Shown here: positions 1 to 14,698 of the stretch, in pieces | Position numbering within the stretch: position 1 is the first letter of the stretch | Layout: each line of letters begins with the position of its first letter | Assembly: GCA_963693365.1 (NCBI GenBank) | Contig: CAVNZM010000016.1 | Span: 5,076,543-5,140,542 of the forward strand | Origin: Amoebidium appalachense | Taxonomy: Eukaryota; Protista; Ichthyosporea | Length of the DNA stretch: 64,000 nucleotides | Direction: 5' to 3' | The notes under the pieces: model-generated | Seen by the model: the letters and a program-made list of their open reading frames with translations, nothing else | The model's database searches: none | Told to the model about the DNA's origin: nothing | Made by a program: the position numbers and the translations under genes

Positions 1-663
1 ACACAGACACCCATAAACAGAAGGCCCAGACACATTATCTCCCTTTATGCATCTTGCTTTTACACCTCCCCCTACTGCATCTCTTCTTACCCATGCATTC
101 TTACCCGCCACCCCTCCTTTGTCTTCTGCCTGGTTTTCTATTTGTTCCATCGATCGAATTTGGGGTTTTCCTTTGTGTGACGTTTTATATTTTGTCTTTA
201 AGTTTCTCCTTCATACTTCTATCCCTCTAGTGCATGCATCATTCCCTCCCCCTCCCCCCCCCCCCCTCCCCCCCCCCCTCCCCCCTCCATCCTGGTCCTC
301 CTCCTCCTCCGCTCAACCCCATGCAGCGTTTATGTCTTCCTCCTGGTTGTGTGTGAAATGTTGTTTTCACGCTTTGTGCTCTTTGTGTTTGTGTGTGTGA
401 GCGTGTGTGCGTGTGTGTGTGTGTGTCTATGTCCGTGTCTATGTCCGTGTCTGGGTGTCTGCGTCTGTGTGCTGTGTGTGTACCTGTGTGGGTGCTTTTC
501 TGTTCCCCCCCTCCCCCCTTCCCCCCGGGGACTCACTCCCCCTGCCTTCCCCCCCCCCCCCCCCCCCCCCTCTCTCTTCCCCTCCTCCCCCTCTCCCTTC
601 CCCCCATATCTGAGCCCCTGAACCTTACCAACACCACCCACTTACCCAACCTTTTGCCTGCAG

Positions 664-1480
664 TGGTTTGGATGGTACAAGGATGGATCTACCAATGAGA
701 CAGTGACACTCAACGAAACACGTCTCTACAAGGAGGTAACGTGGCTTCACATCCCATATGCCTATGTTTCAGAATCAGAAAAAGAGGAAACTTTTCGCAT
801 GGAAGACTTAAATATAACCGGGTATTGTATGGCTTTTAGGTTCGTATTGGTGGATAGAAACTTGTAATTACTCCCGGACCCTGGGTAGGTGGAGGAGAAG
901 TGAGGCAGCTTGGTGGGTGAATGGATTAGGTAGAAAGGGCCCGGGGGGGGGGGGGGGGGGGGGGCAGGGGGGAGGGGATGGATGCTGGCAGGTAGATCCT
1001 GAAACTCAGTTTTTTATATCGGTCAATACAACACTGTAATGACTTCGGATTTATTCATTGGCTGGTTGCAATTGAAGGAAATGCGGTCAAAGTGACATGT
1101 GTAGGAATCGATTTCTTTGGTCGATAACAAATGAAAACACTCTGATGATACACACAGTGGCACACAAGTGTAATCGGAAATTGGCCATCCTGAGTCTAAA
1201 CCTAAATCCAACACCATTACTGATTGTTATCATAACATCATAACAGGATGTTGTCGTTTCCGCACAGGTTAAGGGGGCTTTAGCTAGGGTCCTAACTTTA
1301 ACGTAATGCTGACAATATGTATTAAAATTTTAATTCGTCGCACAGGATTGGCTGGGGCTGCAGGCCATGGACCGACAGGGCAAACTTGCCTTTTATGGTG
1401 TAGACGGCAACCACCTCCACCTCGATCCCAATTGGTTCGCTGACAACATCGTCGACAAGTACCTTGGTGGCCGCCCTTAG
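664..1480 (+). CDS. PPT1: Palmitoyl-protein thioesterase 1, last two exons (664-735, 1346-1480); the gene starts upstream of the window
   Basis: Spliced translation WFGWYKDGSTNETVTLNETRLYKE|DWLGLQAMDRQGKLAFYGVDGNHLHLDPNWFADNIVDKYLGGRP* matches the PPT1 C-terminus (WFGFY...L.ET.LY..D.LGL..MD..G.L.F....GDHL, catalytic His). Canonical cag/gt and cag boundaries, phase 0. Not in the ORF track. Confidence 0.9.
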
Positions 1481-1550
1481 AATCCTCCCCCCCCCCCCCC
1501 CCCCCCAACACACACGCACACACAAAAACAGACACGTACACACACACACA

Positions 1551-1617
<67 letters not shown>

Positions 1618-1847
1618 TCACTCACTCACTCACTCACAGTCACACACACTCACACACACTCACCACTCCCGTTGCATCACCTCCCCCTCCCCCTCTCTCC
1701 CCCCATCTGCTTCGCGGGACATTCCCCACGTGATTTTTGCTACTACGCACACGGAGGTCAGGAATGTGTAACGATAAGAGAAGAAGAAGAGACGGATGAA
1801 ATAAAAAGGGAGATAGAAGTGACCCCCCCCCCCCCCCCCAAAAAAAA

Positions 1848-1880
<33 letters not shown>

Positions 1881-2275
1881 CACAAAAATAAGAAAATAAG
1901 TGCAAGACCGCCCATTTCCACATGTCACCCTCATTGTCCGTGAACGGCTGTTCTGTGTGTTGAAGGCCCTGTGGACAACATGAGGGTGTATTGTATTCAG
2001 CCCCAATACATATGACGGTATGCATAGAGTTTTTCCGAGTTTGGCCGAACCGGAAGTGCAATAAAAGGCAAGCCAGATGATCAGTGGTGGGCTCTTCAAG
2101 ATTGAATGGCCGAGAAAAGTTGCCATAAATCGGAGCAATCATTCTCTCTCTTTCTCTCCCTCCCTCCTCCCCTCTCTCTCCTTCCCTCCCAGCGCTCCCC
2201 CCTCTCTTTCCCTGCCTTTTCTCTCTCTCTCTCTCTCTCCCCCCCCCCCCCCCCCTCCCCTCCCTCCCTCCCTCC

Positions 2276-2350
<75 letters not shown>

Positions 2351-3614
2351 CCTCTCTCCCTCCCCCCCTTCTCTTTACTCTCTCGTTCCCACTCTCCCCC
2401 CCTCCCCCCTTCTCTTCCCTCTCTCTTTCCCTCTCTCCCCCTCACACACACACACTCACTCACTCACTCACTCTTTCTCGAGCTCAATCTCTAACCCCCG
2501 ACCCCTTCCCACCTCTTTAATTCCCGACGATTCAAATCATGTGGTTTATAAAGTTAAACGAATTCGCTTCGATTGTCGAACTTATGTTTGACTCAAATGT
2601 GTGTGTGTGTGTGTGTGTGTGCATGTGCGTGTGTATGAGGGGGGGGGGGGGGGGGGGGGGAGGGGGAGAGTCCCCATTCTCCACACCACACTATGTCACC
2701 ATTAAACACCACCACCCACCCACTTATGATATCAACTTACCCACCGTAAGTGGGAAAAATTAATCCAAATTTAATGGCTCATTGGTGTATCTTTACACTT
2801 TCTTTAGGTTTGGTCAGGGATCTGGAACTATATGCACATGTACCCACGCGTGACAGAGATGGGAGGGGTTGGTGGTGGTGGTGTGTGGGAGAGGGGGGGG
2901 GGGGGGGGGAGGGGGGGGGAGAGGGGGGAGAGGGGGGGGGGGGGGGGGGGAGGGGGGAAAGAGGGAGAGAGAACGAGAGTGTTTTTTAAGTACTGAGCAA
3001 GGGTGTTGTGGGTAACCCAGATAAACTTGAAAGGGAGCCCCCCTCTCCCCCCCCCCCCCCCCCTCTCCCCCCTCCCTCCTTTTTTGGGGAAAATGGAAAA
3101 TAGGGGGGGGATGGGGGGGGGGGGGGGGGGGGGGGGGTGGAGCGATTACGTGGCGTGCAATCAGTTTGATTCAGCCGAGAACCTGCCGGTGCACATGTGC
3201 ATGGAGTTATTTTAGCTACCGTTGATCACAGACATCGTTTATGTATTTCCCTGAGTTTCAGTAACATGCTCTCTTGCACTTTAGGCTACATAGCGGTAGT
3301 GCTAGTTGGTGATCATGATGGAAATTCATTTGATTTACATGTTGGGGTTCCACCACGAGTCTTATAAATACTTCTCACTCGATGTTGCGTCGTTTGGCAC
3401 AACTACAAGGCCAAAAACCAGTACGGACTTAAAGTTTGTACGTGTACTTACTTGGGTCGACTTTCAAGCGATCCTTTATAGTAAGATCAATACAGACTGG
3501 TAATGAAAACGTAGGAGAGAAAGCTTGTGAGCATGTTGCATTTGGTGATGGGGACATGCATGTATCGGGGCTTTAGTAGGGGTGTTTTTCTTTTCTTTTT
3601 TTGGGTGGGTGGGT

Positions 3615-3649
<35 letters not shown>

Positions 3650-4819
3650 AGGGGAGGGAGGGAATAGGGGTGTCTCGGAGTCGCAGTATAGCAGTATGCT
3701 GTCGGCCTTATCCACCACCAATCTCCAGCAACATGACCATGTGGCAAGGTGGCAGCCACGAGTGGCCCACTGATATGCATACGCACATGGTGGGTGGGGT
3801 GAGGGGCGGGGGCAGGGGGGGTGAGGGGGGAGGGGGTTGGGGAGGGGAAGAGGAGGGGGAGGCGGCGGGGGGGGGGGGGGGGGGGGGGGGGGGGGAGAGG
3901 GGGGGGGGAGGGGGGGGGGGGGAGACAGAGTTGGACACCACGACGTGTGTGTGTGTTACATGGGGGGGGAGGGAGAGGGAGGGGGGCTATATAAAGGGAG
4001 GAGGCGCAATTGGGGAAAGGGGGGAGGGGGGAGGGGGGAGGGGGGTAAGAAAGGGAAACCCTTTGCCTGGCCACGAAATTATGAGCACTGAGTTTGAGGG
4101 TGCAACTTGAGAAACTAAAGGAAGGTATCAAGTTGTGCTTGCGTACACAAGTTTGATTTCTTGGATCCTGTACAATGAGATGCATATGTTAGGTTTTTGC
4201 AGCTATAAAACAACTGTAACAAAAAAATAGGAACATCGCAATCTAAAAAAAAAATTGCATCAACCAATAATTATATTATGTTAAGCTCTCAAAGTTTTCT
4301 TGGTGTGTTAAATGTGGACATGTCCCGTCATCTTGGTTAGATACCTTAGTGATCCCCATAGTTAAGAAGGACTCTGAGGGCCCCATATCATCTTTTCGCC
4401 CCATCACACTAACCCAGGTTGTTCGTAGATTCTTTGAAGCTTGCTTACTTAGGTTATTTGCACATCTGTAAACAGTTGGACTTGTTAGGATGAAGCAGAG
4501 TACAACTGAATCAAAATAAAGACAGAGAACGGGTAGAAAGGGACACGCGGCCAGGTTGCTTTTACTATGGGCCGACTCAGTCTGTCTCAGACTGAAGTGA
4601 TCCCGGGGGTTTACGCTGTTTACTCGAGGCAAAGAGAGACCAGTCTCAGGTATGGGGGGTTTTTGTTCGGAATATCCCCTCAGCGGTATATCATGATCAC
4701 GTACATAGATGTCGGGTGATGATGACTATATATCAGGGTTTACTTTCTCTACGAGACACCATAAAGACTAAGAAAAATCAATTAGTTGGGGTTCCCCGTT
4801 TTTTTGTTTTTTTTTTTTT

Positions 4820-4868
<49 letters not shown>

Positions 4869-5199
4869 CGGAATGCTCCGTCGGAGCAGGCCGACCAAAA
4901 ATCGTAATCGTCGCGCATCAGTAAACTAGGGCATGCTTATTTGTGCCTATATTGCATCAAAATGTAGTTATAATGCATATTTAAAAACCCCTGTGGTTAT
5001 TAGAGGCCTTCCTGGTGTTGGCAGTTGAAGCTTTGAAGGAATAAAAGGGAAATATGAAGTGCATTAATGCACAATATATATGGCATATTTTGTCTACGTA
5101 TATACGTACGGTCACGTCCTCTTACACATATGTGCGGCAGTGCCAGTGTATATGAGGATATATACTATGTGTGCATATGTATCTAGTTCCTGTGTGTGT

Positions 5200-6210
5200 C
5201 ACTGTGTCCGTGGCCTTATTTTTTCCCAGTGCACGCATTTTCTTTTAATTGAAGCTCGAAGAACATGTACTTTGGTCGCAATACCACGTACGTAACGGAG
5301 GGGGGTGCCAACCTTATGACGTTTTGCAAGGCTACCATTTGCCAAAACAAAGTAGTGTACAAAGAACACCCGATGCACATACCTCCCATGCAAACGATGT
5401 AGGATGTTTACTCGGTTGTCTCGGACCACATGTACAAATACGTGCAAGCACTCATTGATAACTTGCAAAACCGATTCCCCTCGGACGAGTGCACTGAGGC
5501 TATGGACGTGTTTGTTCCATTGAAGTTCCCCAATACCAAAATCAATCTCGAAGCATACGGAAACGACAAGATTAGAGTGCTCGCTGAGTTCTATGGGTCT
5601 GTTAAAACAGTGGGCAGAACGAATTATATACCCCCACTTGCCGCCGAAGATGTGATAGATCAGTGGCCACGTGAAACAAATTATCTTTGAGCACCGGCAT
5701 CTCCTTGAGGTTAAAGTAGAAAATGTACCGTACTGTTGGATATAGGTCTCTGAACGAGGCATGGGCCGATCCTGTAAGATAGAAACTTTGCAATCATATT
5801 GTGCTGCTGTACTTGAGTTGGTTAACATTGTGGGAATAATTGGCAATTAGTAATGCAACAAGTGAACGTGGCTTCTCTGGTGTGAATATCATTAAGACTT
5901 CTCTCAAAGCACGTATGACAACACAGACAGTCACCTGTGAGTGCACAATCAGCTCATGATAGCCATGAATGGGCCGGATATAGAGACAGATGTGAAGCAC
6001 GTGAAAGCTGAGCTTAAGTTTCAGAAAGAAATGGCTAAGAAATTAGTTAAAGAGGGCAAACTGGAAGGGTTGACTGTAGAAGGGGCCAAGGAGCAGCTGG
6101 AAAAGGCCCAGGTGGCCGAGGCAGCAGCCCAAAAGAAGGCTCTGGCAGATTTCCTGGCTTTTGACTGGAGCAGGGTGCACAATGTGTATATTGCCAAACC
6201 TTTCAAATAA
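5200..6210 (+). pseudogene. Degenerate hAT-superfamily transposase (ZNF862-like), C-terminal part including the dimerisation domain
   Basis: Fragments in different frames: YVQALIDNLQNRFP (ORF 5430..5690), NATSERGFSGVNIIKTSLKARM (~5850-5920), HNQLMIAMNGP (ORF 5941..6210). These match the hAT dimerisation signature (S.A..ER.FS....IK...R..L....L..LM.I..NGP). Frameshifts and stops are present. Possible CAGGGTT ends at 4734 and 7948-7954, but no TSD found. Confidence 0.8.
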
Positions 6211-6607
6211 ATTGGATCTCTGACAACACACCAGCACCTAGTAACCGTCAAGTAGTGTCCCTTGTTTTTAATTTAAAAAATCTGGGGGAGGGGGGGAGGG
6301 GAGGGAGGGGAGGGGGGGGGGGGGGGGGAGTGAGTTGAGGCAGCAACATGGGAAGCTCAGGCAGAAATCGAATGTTTGGGGGGGGGGAGGGGGGGGGGGG
6401 GGGGGAAAGAAAATCACGTTGGGTGGTTGTGTTTGTGTTTGTGTGTGTATGAGTATTTTTCTTTGCAATTGTGTGTGTGTGTGTGTGGTGGGTATGTATG
6501 CACGGTGTGTGTGTCTGTGTGTATGTGTACAGGTGTGGGTGTGCGTATCTGTGTCAGCGGTAATCGGTGTGTGTGTGTGTCTATGTTGTGTGCATGTGTG
6601 CACATGT

Positions 6608-6660
<53 letters not shown>

Positions 6661-6925
6661 CATGACATTGTGTGCATGTGTGTGTGTGGTTTGTGTCAAC
6701 GGTTATGGTGTGTGTGTATGTATGTACAGTGTGTGTATGTATGTGTGTGTGTGTGCAGTGTGGTGTGTATGTATGCAGGGTGTGTGTGTCTGTGTATGTG
6801 TGTGTACATGCCAGTGTGGGTGTGTGTGTTTGTACCAACGGTTTCTTGTGTGTGTGTGTGTGTGTTTGCGTGTGTGTGTGTGTGTGCCACGGGGTGTGTG
6901 TGCGTGCGCCGTGTACATGGTGGTG

Positions 6926-7000
<75 letters not shown>

Positions 7001-7824
7001 TGTGTGTGTGGGTGGGTGGGTGCATAGCATGTGATTGTACAAGGTGGATGCATGTGCACGTTTGTAATACAGTTATCATGATCTGAGATAGTATCATGCC
7101 TGTGCACGTGTACTAGCCTAGGTCACATGTGTGGTGTCACGGCTGTGTATGTATGTGCATGTGTGTCGTTGAACGGAACACGGTGGTGCACAGTGTGTGT
7201 AATGCCTGCCATTTAAGACGCGTGCCACTGATCGTGATACACGTGGCACCTGCACCTGGTGGCCGTCGACTCTGAGCATCTAGATCCATTCCATGTTTAG
7301 GCCTTCCTGGGGGGAAGGGGGGGGGGGGGGGGGGGGGGGGATCCGCCTGAGAGGGGGGGGGGGGGGGGGGGGGAGGGATGAGGCCGGAGCGGCGGTGGGG
7401 GAGAAGGAGGGGCAGCACTGGTGGAGGGAACGGTGGGCAGCGGAGGAGGGGGGAATGGGGTTCGATTTCTGGGGGGGGGGAAGTTTTGAAGTGGAGGCCG
7501 GCCTATATATACATGCGCAGGCATATGCATTGTATGTTCATGTGGCCATGTATGGCTATGATGCATATGTGGTGTCACGGCTGTGTGTGTGTGAATGTGT
7601 GTGTGTGTGTCTGCGTGTGTGTGTGTGTGCGTGCGCGCGACGCCGTGGGTGTGTGCATAAATGTGTTTGGTGTGACAACATGTACATGTGCTAGGCTGGC
7701 GCTGTAGTCAGGGTCTGCCATTGAACATTCTACAGGGACAGGGAGACACGTACGTACGTGTGCAGCTTGTGTGGTTGGTGTATACCCCGTGTATTATGAG
7801 ACATGAGAAGCTTCCCCCGGGGGG

Positions 7825-7861
<37 letters not shown>

Positions 7862-8224
7862 CTCTTGGGCGTTCCGATTCGGCCGGGACGATTTTCGGAA
7901 CTGTGTTTTCAAATATCGGAAATTCCGATTTTTTTTTCGTAACTTCGAACCCTGATTATGGTGCGGTCCGAGCCAGCCAGACCTTTGTCCTATTTATGCA
8001 AACCTCTTATTGGTTCACTTCGTTTATGTGGTATGCAGCGGAAGAACCATATATGGTTCACTTCTTAGGTCAGCGTGATTCCGATTGGTGCAGACATTAT
8101 ATTTACGTGACATTCATGACAAAGCACGAATCGTATGCTAGTAGGTCACATTCTTTAGTAAACATGTACAGTTCATGTGTACAGTTGTTTACAACATCAC
8201 CCTAGGTTTCATTCTTCACATACA

Positions 8225-8940
8225 CCCACGCCAATCCGCTTTTCGTAAAAACAATTCAAGTTATGTTCAAATAACGGCACTGCACGATTCTATGCAAGTT
8301 GGTGCACGATATGTTGGTATTATTGATTGGAAAACTGCTTACGATTCTGTCTCCCCTGGTCTCCTATGGGAAAAGCTTGCTGCACGGCAGCACGGGGTGT
8401 ACCACACTGCATTGGTGTTTTGTTAGAAGCACTCTTGTCTCAAAGCTATGGTAGAGCTGTGGTTAATGGGTACCTTTCCTATGGTTTTTTTCGTACTAGA
8501 GGTCTCTTGCAGGGTTCATTGCTTAGCCCCTTTTTGTTATATTTATATGATTTGGCTGTCAAGATTTATGCCGAAAATGATGACCCTATTTATAACTTTC
8601 CGCCTGCACTTCTCTATGCTGATGATCTGTCCCTCCTTGCCCGTACCCCTAGACGCCTGCAAAGATTGTTCGATAAAGTGTCAGAGTGCATGCAAGGCAA
8701 ACCTTATGATCCTTAACATAGACAAATGTGGCGTTCTTGTTCCTGATATAGCTAACAATTTACACACTTTTACATTATCATCTAAACCTGTACCTATAGT
8801 TCCAGAATACAAATATCTTGGTATTCCGGTTAATTCTGTTGGTGTTATGTTTTCCCATATGGTTGAAAAGAGGGTAGAGCTGGCTCGTAAGCGGTTAGCT
8901 TTCTTCTCGGCTAATATTTTTAAAGACACACATCTCCATC
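8225..8940 (+). pseudogene. Non-LTR retrotransposon reverse transcriptase relic
   Basis: RT motifs in order across three frames: QSAFRK, IDWKTAYDSV, RGLLQGSLLSPFL, LLYADDL, LNIDKC, YKYLG (ORFs 8175..8426, 8327..8716, 8448..9050). At least two frameshifts. Homology stops at the poly-C tract near 8944. Confidence 0.9.
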
Positions 8941-9773
8941 CTCCCCCCCCCCCCCCCCCCCCCCCCCCCCACCCGCCCCCTTCTCCTCTAGGTTTGCAGC
9001 TATTGTGCATTGTCTTTGTTTGGCTGTATAACGTTAACCTTCGGCATTGACACAGAATCACATATTAATGATTAGGAACATAAGAGGCCCATCCACAGCT
9101 TAGGCTACCTGACATGTCAGTTAAGTATTTACGTGCCTGAGGCTCTTCTACACCTGTGTAAATTAATTATAATAAATGAGGTATCATGCCGCTACAAAAT
9201 TCATGGTAACAACCAGAAATCGACATCAAAAATGAAACTAATGTGTGTGCACATTGGCTAAGTAGGCACGTGGCGTGATGCAAAACAACATGAATTTATG
9301 CGAACACGACCATTATTGATTATGTCCAATGAGCGCCTTTAAAAATTTTAAACCAAGAATCCGTCAAGTTCCTACTCTTTCGCTTGTGGATTGTCAGTTA
9401 CGGATGATACAGAGAACGAGAGTAGAGAAATAAAATAAGAAACCAAGCTCGGCCCCAGGTACCCAAAAATGCATGCTAACCTGGCATCCAAATATGGTAA
9501 CACAGGTTCCGGTGACTTAATTTTATATGCTAACCTGGCTTCCATGTACCGTAAAGGGTTGCCAGTAATACATCGTTAGCGAACATCTCTAAGATATCTC
9601 ATATGTTCGGATTAAACCTACGTCGGTTGATTAAATGCTACACAGTCAAAACAAAACCACACACATATATATCGGTTAACCGTTTTTTACCAAAACAAGC
9701 GCACATGCAACGGCATGCATGTGGATGCAAGAGTGGTGCCGCAGACACTTTCGCTGATATACGTGCGTACTGT

Positions 9774-9804
<31 letters not shown>

Positions 9805-9888
9805 GCCAACGGGGGGTTCTACTCCCTCCCCTCAAAACACGAAAAATCCATTAAAACAAATTAATTAAAACAGCCCTTATACTGCATC

Positions 9889-11897
9889 TTACTTATCCTC
9901 CACCTCTCCCTGCATTTCCAAACTTCTTCCAGAAATCGGTTTTTCCTCATCCACCGGGACCGCCGCAACCCTAATCCGCAGTAGCGCAATCGCGATCAGC
10001 GCTGGTACGATCGCAACGGATCCGATCGTATAAGCCAATCCGGCGTGGTGTTTACCCGATTTTGCCATCCCCGTGATGAAATATCCAAAGAGAAGGGGGG
10101 CGACACTTTCCCCAAGGGCTTTGATTCCCATCATTGATCCTTGCATAGAGCCCTGTTTTGATTGATTTTTTATTAGTTATAAGTACAAGGGAAAAAAGAT
10201 AGATATAGCAATAGTAAACAATATGATTTTAAACTTCATACACTGCCGAAAAAACAAAGCAGGTTAGATACTGCATTAATGATCAACAGTCAGTTTACGG
10301 GGTAGACAACGCAAGTTGAACCGTGTCTTGGCATTCAAAAAAAAAAAGATTCTGCAATACTTTGAATTCGATTCTGCAATACTTTGAATTCGATTCCGAG
10401 TACTCCTCTTTCGAGGGTTCTGACTTACTCATCACCCCATTCCAATCCTCTCCCAACACAGGTAAGCACTACCAATCCAATGTGCATTGAAATCGCACAA
10501 CAAATCCCACAAACTCATTCTCTTAGCCAACCCCCCTCCCCTCCCCCCTCCCCCCCCCCCTCCTCCCTCCCCTCCCCCCCCCCCCCCACACACACAAAAA
10601 AACAAACAAAAAAAAAACAAACAAAAAACAAACAAACGGAGGGTCATGCGGCATCCACTCTGCTGTCTGTGAGCCCCAAACACATTGCTATGCCCAGAAA
10701 GGTGCATTTTTTTTGTGTGTGTGTGTGTGTGGTGGTGGTGGTGGTGGTGGTGGTGGTGGGTGGGTGGGTGGGTGGGTGGGTGGGTGGGTGGGGGGGGGGG
10801 GGGGGGGGGGGGGGAAGAGCGTGTACCTGTTTGTCCGGTTCGCAGATTGCAGAAACGATGGAATTCATGGCAGGGAAAGTAAGACCGCCGATGACATTAC
10901 CGGAAGCAGCAATATAAATTCCGGCTTTTGAATGTGCCAACCCTGCGCCGCCCACCGTAAACGCTTGTGCAGTCACGCCCAAAAGCACCGTGTTGCGGGG
11001 TCCCAAACACGACATGATGGGTCGAAGGAAAAACCCGGAAAATGCACCCAAAGACCCGCTTAACCCCATAAGGATCGAGCGGTCAGTTGTGTCAAAATCC
11101 ATGTACTGAGTAGTGTAGATGAAAAGCGTCAAAACAAATCCGAAATACAAAAGCGCGCTGAAAAACGTCGCGACTCCCAGCTTGATATATTCGGAATCCG
11201 TAAAAACCGGTAAAAGTGTCTTGAACGGGTTAAGAGTGTCCCACGAAAACACGTGCGCGAGACGCTCCTTGATCGCCGACGGTTTATGCACAAAATCCGG
11301 AATTACTACCCATGTGTAGGTTACCATCCCGATCACGATCCCACACGCGATTAGCCAAACTGCGGTGAGACTCAGAAAGGGTTTCATGATGGCTCCGATC
11401 GCGCTCCCCACCACCATAGACAGAGAGAATGTCACGGACGCCAACCCAAAGGCCTTTGGTCGAGTTTCGAGATCGGCTGAATCGGCCATAAAAGCGAACG
11501 CGAGACCCATAAAGCTATGTGTTAGGCCGCCTATAATCCTGAAAAACTGATACAGCCACATATTGCTACTGCCGAGAAGAGATGCGAATTGAAGATTTGT
11601 CGCAAGCGCGCAAAACACCATCACCTTTCTGCGACCGTATCGATCGGAGAGCGCGCCCATGATCGGGGACACGAAAAATGAGAAAACACCGGAAAGGCAT
11701 TCGAAAATTCCGTTTACTAACATGAGACTGTCTCCGAAGAAGGCAAGGGTCAGGTCCGGGACGATGGCCACGGTCAGACCTGTTTGTGTTTGCGTAAAAA
11801 ACAGTAAGTGTTTGTGTGTGTGTGTCTGTGTGTGTGTGTGTGTGCGAGCTTTTGTGTGCGCGCACGCGTACGTGTAGTTGTGTTTATGTTCGGGCAC

Positions 11898-11942
<45 letters not shown>

Positions 11943-13352
11943 TCTGTATCTAGGGGGTGCTTTTTTTTGTTTCCCTGAGAAGGTGGACGGGGTGGGTGGG
12001 GGAGGGGGAAGGGGTTTACGTAGTGGAGAATTTGAACTGAAGGTGGAGGGTAGGGGCGGAGAACGGGGGAGGAGGGAGAGACACACAAAGAGAGACACAC
12101 AAAGAGAGACAGGGAAAGTGGAAGGGAAGGATGGGGGACGGGGAGGGGGGAGGGGGGGGTGGACGGGGGGGAGGGGAGGGGGGGAAGAAGATCGGATGCC
12201 AATACATCCGGGGGAGAGGGGTAGGGGGGGGGGGGGGGGGGGGGGGGAAGAGGGGGGAGGGGAGGGGCAGAGCAAATACACTGTTCAGAATAGTGGGGGG
12301 AGGGGGGTGAGAGGGGGGGAGGGGGGGAAGGAAGGGGGGAGGGGTTTGGGGAGGTACCAAAACCAAAAGACCAAAACCGACACTTCCTTTCAGCCAGTAT
12401 ACACACTCTTATTCGACCTTGGCCCTAACTCCTTCTTAAGCGTTATCTCCAGCAACCTCATCCCAATCCTCCCCCCCCCCCCTCCCCCTCCCTCCCCCCT
12501 CCCCCCACCCCCCCGCCCCTCCTCCTTCCTTTTTCTCCACAACCTTGAGTAACACAACACACGCTCCACGCATAGAGGTTACAGGGATTTTTTGTTATCT
12601 TTGCTGTCTAAGCAGCTCCGAAGGACACACAGTTTTTGGTATTGAATAGTAAGCAAGCAAAAATCAGGGGCTGTTTGTATGTGTGTATGAACGGATGACA
12701 CATTCGTTTGGTATGTACGCGTGCTTGTGAGTGAGCACGAGTGTGCTTGGGAGTACACACACATGCACCAGCGAGCACTTGTTTGCTTTTCCTTTCGACA
12801 TATGCTTGTGTGTGCTGGTGTTTGTGTACAGGAGTCTTCGAGCGCGCGCATGCGTGCGTGCGTGTGTGTGTGTGTGTGTGCGTATGTGTGTGTCCATACT
12901 TGCACGTTCTGTAAACGTGCTATGGAATAGGTGCACAGAAGCTGCTAAAACCAGACGCAAAAAGAGAACTGGGGATACAACATGACGCAACTTGCAAGGG
13001 TAGAAAACGGGTGAGGCCATACCGATCAAGAACCGAAAAAGGAGGAAGCTGCATGATAACAGAACCACATGCAGGGGTGGCACCTACCAATTACGAAGAA
13101 CTGGCAGGATATAGCAGGCAACACAAGCCACCATTTATAATTGGACACATTCTCCAAGTGAGAGCGCACAGCCCCCGACCTCTCTGGCAAAAGGTTTGCC
13201 TCGTCACTTTCCCACAAACTTGACGAGGAATCCATAGTTGAGTCGAACAGTGTGCGGTTGTGGTCAGGAATGTCTGACTCGTCTGATGCTGGCATCATTT
13301 TGGAAGATGAAGCAGCGGGGATAGTGTCGTATGATGCTGGTTTGGATGGCAT
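9889..13352 (-). CDS. Major facilitator superfamily transporter, TetA/DHA1-like (MFSD14/HIAT1-type), 3 exons, ~493 aa
   Basis: Exons 13352-13088, 11779-10827, 10152-9889 join in frame through GT-AG introns (FFVIG|LTVAIVPD; PDKQ|GSMQGSM). MFS motif A GALSDRYGRRKV and about 12 hydrophobic segments. Confidence 0.88.
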
Positions 13353-14077
13353 TGGGATGTTTTGAAGTTCAGGTGTTTAAAAGTATACAAATAAGGAAAG
13401 TATGTTGTGGGATGGCCCTGGGTGATTAATAAGTGCGTGTGAGCTGTGTGCGTGAGTGTGTGAGTTGTGTGTGTTTGTGTGCGTGTCTGTATGTGTGTTT
13501 GTGTGTGTGCGTGTGTGTGTGTGTGTGCGTGCGTGCGTGTGCGTGCGTGTGCACGCGTGTGTGTTTCAAATGGCCTGTGCACACGTGCTTGCGTGTTTGT
13601 GCGTGTGTGATGGGGGCGACCGTTGTGAACTTGATCGTTCGTGTCGCGTGTGACCCTGCGTGGATTGTATAGATGTTTTATAAGTGTGTAGGTTTGCTTT
13701 GCTATTAGTTGTTCACCCTGTGTAGACAGGCCTGTGTTCGTGTGTAAGACAATTACTTAAGTCTATGATCACACAAAACGATGCGGTTTTGAAATCCAGA
13801 AAGGTTTGTATGGCGACAATCACCGAACTAGAATTTAAAGAAACTACGCTACAACCAAAAGATGTAGGGGTAGAACTAATTAGAGCTAAAACATTCGCTA
13901 TAAACATACATGCACAGTCAAACTCCTTCCATTTTTGCTTCTGACATCGCAGTCTGCTGTTTATATAGAAACCTGGATTGGATACACCCATCCGATTGGT
14001 GGCTTTTGAGCGCGGCAAAGCCGTACACGTTATTATGATTGGCTACGTTCGAGCTTGGTCGTCTCACCGTAGACTAA

Positions 14078-14283
14078 CTAGTAACGGCACGCCCTGCCGG
14101 GCTTTGCCTTAATCATGAAGAAGCGGAGGTGGAGGGCTTGAGTGTGAGAGATTTGAGTGCCAGCATGTGAGAGGAAGGAGGTGCATGTGTGCATGTTTTT
14201 TTTTTTTTTTTTTTAATGTTTTTTTTTTTTTTGGGCGCCCCCCCCCCTCCCCCTCCCCCTTCCCCTCCCTCCCGCTCTTTCTG

Positions 14284-14377
<94 letters not shown>

Positions 14378-14389
14378 CTCCCCCTCCCC

Positions 14390-14487
<98 letters not shown>

Positions 14488-14500
14488 CCCCTCCCCCCCC

Positions 14501-14580
<80 letters not shown>

Positions 14581-14600
14581 TCTCCCCCTCCCCCTCCCCC

Positions 14601-14644
<44 letters not shown>

Positions 14645-14645
14645 G

Positions 14646-14698
<53 letters not shown>

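Noticed and set aside
4276-4690. Unique-looking segment with a 118-aa minus-strand ORF
   Set aside because: No recognisable motif, splice-compatible partner exon or second copy.
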